In this document: piece after piece, positions 34,129 through 41,303 of the stretch | How positions within the stretch are numbered: position 1 is the stretch's first letter | Layout: each line of letters opens with the position of its first letter | Assembly (NCBI GenBank): GCA_949440065.1 | Contig: CASRZP010000001.1 | Coordinates: 1 to 41,303 of the forward strand | Direction of reading: 5' to 3' | Length of the DNA: 41,303 nucleotides | DNA from: an uncultured Bacilli bacterium | GTDB lineage: Bacteria; Bacillota_I; Bacilli_A; RF39; UBA660 | Notes under the pieces: generated by a model | What the model was told of the DNA's origin: nothing | The model's input: only the letters and a program-made list of their open reading frames with translations | The model's database searches: none | Position numbers and translations under genes: made by a program

Positions 34129-36084
34129 ATGTTTGAATTAGTATCAAAATATACACCTAGTGGAGATCAACCAGAAGCAATTCATCAATTAGTAAAAGGA
34201 ATAAAAGAAGGAAAAAAAGAACAAGTTTTATTAGGCGCAACAGGAACAGGAAAAACTTTTACGATAGCTAACGTCATTAAAGAAGTGAATAAACCTACTT
34301 TAGTTTTAGCTCACAATAAAACCTTAGCAGGACAATTATATTCTGAATTTAAAGAATTATTTCCCAATAATAGAGTAGAATATTTTGTTTCCTATTACGA
34401 TTATTTCCAGCCAGAGGCTTATGTTCCTAGTACTGATACTTATATAGAAAAAGACTCATCCATTAACGATGAAATTGATGAATTAAGACATTCTGCTACT
34501 AGTGCCTTATTATCTCGTCGTGATGTTATAGTCGTTGCTAGTGTATCTTGTATTTATGGAATTGGTGAAGTAGAAGAATATTTAAATAAATTATTAACCA
34601 TTAATGTTGGAGATAAAGTAGAGCGAAACAAAATTTTGGTAAAACTAGTAGAAATGTTATATGAGCGAAACGATTATGATTTTAAACGTGGTACTTTTAG
34701 AGTACGTGGAGATGTTTTAGAAATCATTCCAACATATCAGCGAACAACGGGATATCGTATTGAATTTTTTGGCGATGAAGTAGACCGTATTAGTGAGATT
34801 GATACTTTATCAGGAGCTATTTTAAATAATAAAAAGACCATTAGTATTTTCCCTGCTAGCCTTTTCGTTACCAGCGATGAAAAATTACAACATGCCCTAG
34901 TTACCATTAAAGAAGAGTTAAAAGTGCGTTTAGAAGAATTAAAAGAAGAAAACAATCTTTTAGCATATCAGCGACTTGAACAGCGAACAAGATATGATTT
35001 AGAAATGCTAGAAGAAACAGGTTTTTGTCATGGTGTAGAAAACTATTCAAGACATATGGCGGGCAGAAGTGAAGGGGAAACACCCACGACATTAATTGAT
35101 TTCTTTCCAAAAGATTTTTTGCTTGTTGTAGATGAGTCCCATGTTACCCTACCTCAAGTTAGAGGAATGTATAATGGAGACCGTGCTAGAAAAATGAATC
35201 TTGTTGACTATGGGTTTCGCCTACCTAGCGCCTTAGATAACCGTCCTTTAAAATTTGATGAGTTTGAGAAAAAAATCAATCAAGCCATTTATGTATCAGC
35301 AACCCCTGGAGATTACGAACTAGAAAAAACTAATAATATGTTTATTGAACAAATCATTAGACCTACTGGATTATTAGACCCAACGGTAGAAGTTAGAAAA
35401 ACAGAAGGTCAAATTGATGACTTGATTGAAGAAATTAGAAAACGAATTGAATTAAATGAACGTACCTTAATCACGACATTAACCATTCGTATGGCCGAAG
35501 AGTTAACAAATTATTTAAAAGAATTAGAAATAAAAGTAGCTTATTTACATACCGAAGTTAAGACACTAGAACGTTTACAAATTATTCATGATTTGCGCCA
35601 AGGAAAATATGATGTTGTCGTTGGTATTAATCTTCTGCGTGAAGGAATTGATATTCCAGAAGTATCGTTAATTGCCATACTTGATGCTGATAAAGAAGGG
35701 TTCTTAAGAAGTAATCGAAGCTTAATTCAAACGATAGGAAGATGTGCAAGAAACGCTAAAGGTCATGTAATTATGTATGCTGATAAAATTACTGATAGCA
35801 TGAATCAAGCAATGACAGAGACTGCACGTCGTAGGAAAATTCAAGAAGAATACAATAGAGTTCATGGAATTACGCCACAGACCATTCAAAAAGAAATTAG
35901 AGATGTTGTAAGTAATGTAGATACAAAACAAAATAAGCAAACCAAGAAAAAACAAACAAAACAAGAAAGAGAAAAGATGATAGAAGTACTAGAACAAGAA
36001 ATGAAAGAAGCAGCAAAGAACTTAGACTTTGAAAGGGCAATGGAATTACGTGATGCTTTGTTTGAGTTAAAAAGTGATAAATAA
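34129..36084 (+). CDS. uvrB: Excinuclease ABC subunit B
   Basis: Walker A (GATGTGKTF), the beta-hairpin region ([10 protein letters not shown]), the helicase motifs ([18 protein letters not shown]) and the C-terminal UVR domain ([11 protein letters not shown]) are all present. I prefer the ATG at 34129 because a GGAGG RBS lies 8 nt upstream. Confidence 0.97.
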   Translation: MFELVSKYTPSGDQPEAIHQLVKGIKEGKKEQVLLGATGTGKTFTIANVIKEVNKPTLVLAHNKTLAGQLYSEFKELFPNNRVEYFVSYYDYFQPEAYVPSTDTYIEKDSSINDEIDELRHSATSALLSRRDVIVVASVSCIYGIGEVEEYLNKLLTINVGDKVERNKILVKLVEMLYERNDYDFKRGTFRVRGDVLEIIPTYQRTTGYRIEFFGDEVDRISEIDTLSGAILNNKKTISIFPASLFVTSDEKLQHALVTIKEELKVRLEELKEENNLLAYQRLEQRTRYDLEMLEETGFCHGVENYSRHMAGRSEGETPTTLIDFFPKDFLLVVDESHVTLPQVRGMYNGDRARKMNLVDYGFRLPSALDNRPLKFDEFEKKINQAIYVSATPGDYELEKTNNMFIEQIIRPTGLLDPTVEVRKTEGQIDDLIEEIRKRIELNERTLITTLTIRMAEELTNYLKELEIKVAYLHTEVKTLERLQIIHDLRQGKYDVVVGINLLREGIDIPEVSLIAILDADKEGFLRSNRSLIQTIGRCARNAKGHVIMYADKITDSMNQAMTETARRRKIQEEYNRVHGITPQTIQKEIRDVVSNVDTKQNKQTKKKQTKQEREKMIEVLEQEMKEAAKNLDFERAMELRDALFELKSDK

Positions 36085-36914
36085 TGAAATTAAAACGAAT
36101 ATATATTGAAATTACCAATCAATGTAACTTAAATTGTTCTTTTTGTCATAATACCAAAAGATTAAAAAAACAGATGAGTAAGGAAGATTTTGAAGAAATT
36201 TTAAAGAAAATTAAAGAATACACCAATATGATTTATCTTCATGTTAAAGGAGAACCTCTACTTCATCAAGATCTTGCTATCTTTTTATCTTTAGCAGAAA
36301 AATATAATTTTTCTGTAAGCATCACCACCAATGGAACTTTATTAAAAGAAAAGTTACCCTTATTAAAATCTAGTTCTTGTATTAAACATATTAATGTATC
36401 CCTACATTGTGAACAAAAAAATCATAATTATTTTAGTGATGTATTTTCTTCTTGCGATGAATTAAAAGAAAAAATAACGATAATTTACCGTATATGGACA
36501 CTAAAAAATCAAAAATTTGATGATAAAACACAAAAGATTATCGATAATCTAGCAAATTATTATCATTTAGACGATAAAAAGTTATCCACAATAGCTGTGG
36601 AAAAAAATATTGAGTTAGCCCCTAGAGTATTTTTAGATAAAGAAAACCAGTTTACATGGCCTAGTTTAGAAAATGAAGTAGAAGAAAGTGGTTATTGCTA
36701 TGGGTTAAAAAGTCATATTGCTATTTTAGTTGATGGCACTATTGTACCATGTTGCCTAGATGGCGAGGGAGAAATAGTTTTAGGAAATATTTTAGAAGAA
36801 GATTTATCTACCATTTTAGATGGTGAAAGAACAAGGAAAATGATAGAGGGCTTTCAAAATCGGTGTGCAATAGAAGCATTGTGTAAGCATTGTAACTATA
36901 AAAATCGTTTTTAA
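36084..36914 (+). CDS. Radical SAM enzyme with a SPASM/twitch-like C-terminal Cys cluster domain
   Basis: The N-terminal CNLNCSFC is a CX3CX2C in an ITNQCNLNCSFCH context. The C-terminus has CYGLKSHIAILVDGTIVPC (CX12GX4C) and CAIEALCKHC (CX5CX2C). The ATG overlaps the uvrB TAA (TAATG). Confidence 0.85.
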   Translation: MKLKRIYIEITNQCNLNCSFCHNTKRLKKQMSKEDFEEILKKIKEYTNMIYLHVKGEPLLHQDLAIFLSLAEKYNFSVSITTNGTLLKEKLPLLKSSSCIKHINVSLHCEQKNHNYFSDVFSSCDELKEKITIIYRIWTLKNQKFDDKTQKIIDNLANYYHLDDKKLSTIAVEKNIELAPRVFLDKENQFTWPSLENEVEESGYCYGLKSHIAILVDGTIVPCCLDGEGEIVLGNILEEDLSTILDGERTRKMIEGFQNRCAIEALCKHCNYKNRF

Positions 36915-37022
36915 ACATTTTGTTAGTATATAGCAAAAATAATTTATCAAATAATCACAAAATCTAATAGCGTTTAAAAGAAGTTTATGATATAATACGA
37001 CCTAGGTGTAGGTGATTATATT

Positions 37023-39830
37023 ATGGATAAAATTATTATTAAAGGTGCTAGAGAAAACAATTTAAAAAATGTGGACTTAGAATTGCCTAAAAATAAATTA
37101 ATTGTAATGACAGGAGTATCAGGAAGCGGAAAAAGTTCTTTGGCTTTTGATACGATTTATGCAGAAGGTCAAAGAAGATATGTAGAAAGTCTATCTGCCT
37201 ATGCACGCCAATTTTTAGGTGGTAGCGAAAAGCCTGATGTTGATAGCATTGAAGGATTATCCCCAGCGATTAGTATTGATCAAAAAACGACGAGCAAAAA
37301 CCCTCGTTCTACCGTTGGAACAGTAACGGAGATTTATGATTATTTGCGTTTATTATTTGCTCGTGTTGGCGTACCATATTGTCCTAATCATCATGTTCCA
37401 ATTACTTCACAAAGTGTAGAAGAAATGACAAATAAGTTACTAGAGTATGATGAGGGAACCAAGTTAGTAATTATGGCTCCTATTGTTCATGGAGAAAAAG
37501 GTACTCATAAAGAAATACTAGATCAGTTGAGACAGGATGGATATATTCGTGTTCGTATTAACGGTGAAATGCATGATTTAAGTGAAGATATTACCTTAGA
37601 GAAAAATAAAAAAGATGCCATCGATGTTGTTGTTGATCGAATTATTATCAAAGACGGAATTCGTAGTAGATTATATGAATCACTAGAAAACGCTACAAAG
37701 CTAGCCGAAGGTAAAGTAGTTATTGAAATTAATGGTGAAAAAGAAGTTGTGTTTTCTGAACAATTTGCTTGTCCTTATTGTGAATTTTCTCTACCAGAAT
37801 TAGAGCCTAGAGTCTTTAGTTTTAACGCCCCTTATGGAGCATGTCCTGATTGTAAAGGTTTAGGAATTAAATTACAAATCGATCCTGATTTAGTGATTCC
37901 CAATAAAGAACTTAGTATTAGTGAAGGTGCTATTACAACCTTAAGTGATGATCAAGAAGGGCTATATTACAAAAAATTAGAATGTGTTTGTCGCCATTTT
38001 AAAATTGATATGGATAAACCGTTTAACAAGCTTACTAAAAAAGAAAGAGAAATTGTTTTATACGGAACCGATGAAACTATTGAATATAAATACAAGTCCA
38101 AAAATGGAAATATGTACAATTCCAAAGATGGTTATGAAGGAGTTATCAATAATTTACAACGTCGTTATATGGAAACTAATAGTGCTTGGATTAGAGATTG
38201 GTTAGAACATTACATGATTGAATATGAATGTGATACTTGTCATGGAGCTAGATTAAACGATGCTGTGTTAGCTGTATTAATTAATAAAAAAAGTATCTAT
38301 GACGTTACTTGTATGAGCATCAAAGACTTACTTCCTTTCTTTCAAAAGTTAAATCTTACCAAAGAACAACAAGAAATTGCCCAGTTAATCATTAAAGAAA
38401 TTGAATCAAGATTACAATTTTTATCTAATGTAGGACTAGAGTATCTTACCTTAAGTAGAACAGCAGGAACTTTGTCTGGTGGAGAATCACAACGAATAAG
38501 ACTAGCGACACAAATTGGCTCAAGATTAACAGGAGTACTTTATGTACTAGATGAACCTAGTATCGGACTACATCAACGAGATAATGAAAAATTAATTGCC
38601 TCTTTACAGGAAATGCGCGATTTAGGAAATACCTTAATTGTTGTTGAACACGATACTGATACGATGTTAGCAAGTGATTACTTAGTAGACATTGGACCTG
38701 GAGCAGGAGATCATGGTGGAGAAGTTATCGCCTTTGGGACACCTTTAGAAGTGATGAAAAACGAAAATAGTGTAACAGGTAGATTCTTGAGTGGAAAAGA
38801 AGTTATCGAAGTTCCTAAAAATAGAAGAAAAGGAAATGGAAATTTTCTTGAAATTAAGGGAGCAAAAGAAAATAATCTAAAAGATATCAACGTTAAAATT
38901 CCCCTTGGAACATTTACTTGTGTAACTGGAGTATCAGGAAGTGGAAAAAGTAGTTTAGTCAATGAAATTTTATGTAAAACCGTTTTATCAAACCTTTATA
39001 AAAGTAAAGTAAAACCTGGTAAACACAAAAAAGTTTTAGGGATTGAACACTTAGACAAATTAGTAGAAATATCGCAAAATCCAATTGGAAGAACACCTAG
39101 AAGTAATCCAGCAACCTATACTGGGGTATTTGATGATATTAGAGATTTGTTTACAAATACCAAAGAAGCAAAAATGTATGGTTATGAGAAAAATCGCTTT
39201 TCCTTTAATGTAAAAGGAGGAAGATGTGAAGCATGTAGAGGTGATGGCGTAAAGAAAATCGAGATGCATTTCTTACCTGATGTGTATGTTCCTTGCGAGG
39301 TGTGCCACGGAACTCGTTATAATCATGAAACCTTACAAATAAAGTACAAAAATAAAAATATTTCTGAAGTACTTGACATGCGTGTTAGTGAAGCCATTGA
39401 GTTTTTTGAAAATGTTCCTAAAATAAAAACTAAATTACAGGTTCTAGATGATGTGGGTTTAGGATATATTAAACTAGGTCAAAGTGCACCAACGTTATCA
39501 GGAGGAGAAGCAGAACGCGTAAAACTTGCTAAAGAATTACAAAAGAAAGCAACAGGAAAGACCTTATTTGTATTAGATGAGCCAACGACAGGATTACATA
39601 GTAAAGATATAAAGCGTCTACTTGCAATTCTTCAAAAAATAGTGGATAATAAGGATACAGTATTAGTCATTGAACATAACCTAGATGTAATTAAAGTAGC
39701 AGATTACATCATTGACTTAGGACCAGAAGGTGGAGATGGCGGAGGAGAAATTGTAACCATAGGAACACCAGAGGAAGTAGCAAAATGCAAAGAATCCTAT
39801 ACTGGATTATTCCTAAAAAAAGTATTATGA
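37023..39830 (+). CDS. uvrA: Excinuclease ABC subunit A
   Basis: The 935-aa protein has two ABC modules (GVSGSGKSSLAFDT and GVSGSGKSSLVNE; LSGGESQRIRLA and LSGGEAERVKLA). Zinc-finger CxxC pairs are present. Its own extended -10 promoter (TGATATAAT) lies upstream. Confidence 0.97.
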   Translation: MDKIIIKGARENNLKNVDLELPKNKLIVMTGVSGSGKSSLAFDTIYAEGQRRYVESLSAYARQFLGGSEKPDVDSIEGLSPAISIDQKTTSKNPRSTVGTVTEIYDYLRLLFARVGVPYCPNHHVPITSQSVEEMTNKLLEYDEGTKLVIMAPIVHGEKGTHKEILDQLRQDGYIRVRINGEMHDLSEDITLEKNKKDAIDVVVDRIIIKDGIRSRLYESLENATKLAEGKVVIEINGEKEVVFSEQFACPYCEFSLPELEPRVFSFNAPYGACPDCKGLGIKLQIDPDLVIPNKELSISEGAITTLSDDQEGLYYKKLECVCRHFKIDMDKPFNKLTKKEREIVLYGTDETIEYKYKSKNGNMYNSKDGYEGVINNLQRRYMETNSAWIRDWLEHYMIEYECDTCHGARLNDAVLAVLINKKSIYDVTCMSIKDLLPFFQKLNLTKEQQEIAQLIIKEIESRLQFLSNVGLEYLTLSRTAGTLSGGESQRIRLATQIGSRLTGVLYVLDEPSIGLHQRDNEKLIASLQEMRDLGNTLIVVEHDTDTMLASDYLVDIGPGAGDHGGEVIAFGTPLEVMKNENSVTGRFLSGKEVIEVPKNRRKGNGNFLEIKGAKENNLKDINVKIPLGTFTCVTGVSGSGKSSLVNEILCKTVLSNLYKSKVKPGKHKKVLGIEHLDKLVEISQNPIGRTPRSNPATYTGVFDDIRDLFTNTKEAKMYGYEKNRFSFNVKGGRCEACRGDGVKKIEMHFLPDVYVPCEVCHGTRYNHETLQIKYKNKNISEVLDMRVSEAIEFFENVPKIKTKLQVLDDVGLGYIKLGQSAPTLSGGEAERVKLAKELQKKATGKTLFVLDEPTTGLHSKDIKRLLAILQKIVDNKDTVLVIEHNLDVIKVADYIIDLGPEGGDGGGEIVTIGTPEEVAKCKESYTGLFLKKVL

Positions 39831-39841
39831 GGTGATTAACT

Positions 39842-40276
39842 TTGCGAGTCATTGAACAAAAGCAAAATTGGGGTAAAGATAAATTATTAAAATTTATCGA
39901 GTGGTTGATTCATATTTTTGCATATACTTTAGTATTTTTGGGCGTATCGTTAATGTTTAAAAGCTTCTATATCGACACATCCCATTATTGTATCTATGGC
40001 TTTTTAGCAGTTATCATTATGTATATACTAAATAAAACCATAAAACCCATTTTAGTAACTTTAACGATACCAATTACTGGAATTACCCTTGGCTTATTTT
40101 ATCCTTTCATCAACGTGTTTATTTTAAAGTTAACTGATTGGATATTAGGAAGCCATTTCCAGTTAAGTAATTTCTATGTTGCTATTGTGATCGCTATTTT
40201 GATATCGATAATGAATTTACTAGTAGAAGGGTTTATCTTAAAACCATTGATGAGGAGATGGAACCGTCATGAGTAA
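39842..40276 (+). CDS. Four-TM membrane protein, YvlD/DUF360 (phage holin family 4-like)
   Basis: The TTG start follows a GAGGTGA RBS. The 144-aa protein has four predicted TM helices. Its position between uvrA and lgt matches the B. subtilis yvlD region, recalled from memory. Confidence 0.5.
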   Translation: MRVIEQKQNWGKDKLLKFIEWLIHIFAYTLVFLGVSLMFKSFYIDTSHYCIYGFLAVIIMYILNKTIKPILVTLTIPITGITLGLFYPFINVFILKLTDWILGSHFQLSNFYVAIVIAILISIMNLLVEGFILKPLMRRWNRHE

Positions 40277-41087
40277 AATAGCACTAGATTTAGGATTTAT
40301 TCAAATTTATTGGTATTCCATTACCATGTTTTTAGGAATACTAGCAGGAAGCATTGTTGCCTATCGTGAGATAAAAAGACAAAAAGTAAGTGAAGATTTC
40401 TTTATTAATTTAATCTTTTATGGCATTTTATTTGGTTTAATTGGGGCAAGATTATATTATGTAGCTTTTCATTTTGATTACTATAGAGAAAATCCCCTAG
40501 AAATTTTAGAAGTGTGGAACGGCGGTTTAGCCATACATGGAGCCATTTTATTTGCTAGTCTTTGGTTTATCATCTATACGAAAAAATATAAGCAAAAGAC
40601 ATTAAAGATATTTGATATTGTTGTAGTAGGGTTAATTTTAGGACAAGCGATAGGTAGATGGGGTAACTTTTTCAACCAAGAAGCCTTTGGAGCAATTACG
40701 ACTAAAGCTGCTTTATTAAAAGATAAAGTACCAGAGTTTATCATTAATCAAATGTACATTGATGGAGTATATCGACAACCTACATTTTTGTATGAATCAC
40801 TTTGGGATATTTTTGGTTTTATTGCCTTATTAATTGTAAGACGTTATAAATACTTAAAAACTGGTCAATTAACAGCCTTTTATTTAATGTGGTATTCCGC
40901 TGGTAGGTTTGTTATTGAAGGATACCGAAGTGATAGCTTAATGTTAGGAAACTTTAAAGTAGCCCAAATTGTATCTGTTATATTATTTATCGTTGGGTTG
41001 TTAATCTTCTTATTAAGACGTCGTGGTAGTAAATTTGAAAATTTATATAGAAATGAGAATGATGAAAAAGATGAAAAAAAAGTATAA
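40269..41087 (+). CDS. lgt: Prolipoprotein diacylglyceryl transferase
   Basis: IYWYSITMFLGILAG, GGLAIHGAI and GRWGNFFNQEAFG are the signature Lgt motifs. Confidence 0.92.
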   Translation: MSKIALDLGFIQIYWYSITMFLGILAGSIVAYREIKRQKVSEDFFINLIFYGILFGLIGARLYYVAFHFDYYRENPLEILEVWNGGLAIHGAILFASLWFIIYTKKYKQKTLKIFDIVVVGLILGQAIGRWGNFFNQEAFGAITTKAALLKDKVPEFIINQMYIDGVYRQPTFLYESLWDIFGFIALLIVRRYKYLKTGQLTAFYLMWYSAGRFVIEGYRSDSLMLGNFKVAQIVSVILFIVGLLIFLLRRRGSKFENLYRNENDEKDEKKV

Positions 41088-41303
41088 CGTCGTAATTATT
41101 GGTGCTGGAGTAGCAGGTATTACTTCAGCCATTTATTTAAAAAGAGCAAATATTTCTTGTTGTATAATTGAAAAAGAAATGATCGGTGGACAAATTAATA
41201 AAACTTCAGTGATTGAAAACTATCCAGGAATAGTATCGATTAATGGAACAGATTTATCTCTTACCTTAATGAAGCAATTAGAATCTTTAGAGATTCCTCT
41301 ATT
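41071..41303 (+). CDS. trxB: FAD-dependent pyridine-nucleotide disulfide oxidoreductase, thioredoxin-reductase-like; the 3' end lies outside the window
   Basis: YNVVIIGAGVAGITSAIYLKR is the GxGxxG FAD-binding fold. GGQINKTSVIENYPG is typical of TrxB. The gene overlaps the end of lgt by 17 nt and is truncated by the window edge. Confidence 0.75.
   Translation, partial: MKKKYNVVIIGAGVAGITSAIYLKRANISCCIIEKEMIGGQINKTSVIENYPGIVSINGTDLSLTLMKQLESLEIPL

Noticed and set aside
34737-36118. Minus-strand ORFs within uvrB and the start of the radical SAM gene: 34737-34955, 34907-35110, 35722-35964 and 35897-36118.
   Set aside because: They are antisense to UvrB, whose frame is unambiguous. Their translations are low-complexity.
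37984-39269. An out-of-frame plus-strand ORF (37984-38205) and minus-strand ORFs (38711-38962, 39060-39269) inside uvrA.
   Set aside because: UvrA motifs run continuously through this region in the annotated frame. The overlapping ORFs have no independent support.
1-41303. A search by eye for CRISPR arrays, tRNA or rRNA genes, recognisable riboswitches/T-boxes and LexA (CGAAC-N4-GTTCG) boxes.
   Set aside because: I found no regularly spaced direct repeats, no G+C-rich cloverleaf-like segments and no Cheo-box match upstream of uvrB, uvrA or elsewhere. Absence by eye is not proof. Covariance-model and repeat-finder scans would be decisive.

Overview
This is an AT-rich chromosomal segment from a low-GC Firmicute. 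I estimate about 70% A+T by eye. SpoIIID and a SpoIIQ-like degenerate M23 protein suggest an endospore former. No finer taxonomy can be proven from the sequence alone.

The backbone is a Bacillus-like conserved gene order: murA, rpmE, rpiB, spoIIQ-like, spoIIID, mbl/mreB, tagO-like, csp, hpf, secA, prfB, two yitT genes, ftsE, ftsX, an M23 hydrolase, uvrB, uvrA, a yvlD-like gene, lgt and trxB.

Several accessory or decayed segments interrupt this backbone:
1. An agr-type peptide quorum-sensing locus sits at 5649-8599. It is split into two convergent operons. It includes a 41-codon AgrD-like precursor gene (7822-7947, minus strand) that is missing from the supplied ORF track.
2. A decayed ISL3-family insertion sequence (9847-11254) has imperfect terminal inverted repeats and a perfect 8-bp target-site duplication. 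It is inserted into the hpf terminator hairpin. A frameshifted secreted-protein gene follows it.
3. A roughly 4.2-kb islet lies between secA and prfB. It carries a frameshifted rhuM-like gene, a Cys-rich zinc-ribbon ORF with a DUF5131 (Gp37/Gp68-like) protein, a membrane-anchored XRE regulator and a lipoprotein.
4. A roughly 7.6-kb block of poorly characterised genes lies between ftsEX and uvrB. It contains a 794-aa protein with a TelA-like C-terminus, a DUF2130-like zinc-ribbon/coiled-coil/PD-(D/E)xK protein, a DUF3419-like protein, an internally deleted IS remnant, and an orphan operon behind a consensus promoter.
5. A radical SAM/SPASM-like gene is translationally coupled to uvrB, between uvrB and uvrA.

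prfB carries the classical programmed +1 frameshift. I saw no rRNA, tRNA or CRISPR array. All functional calls rest on motif recognition in the translations. No database search was possible.
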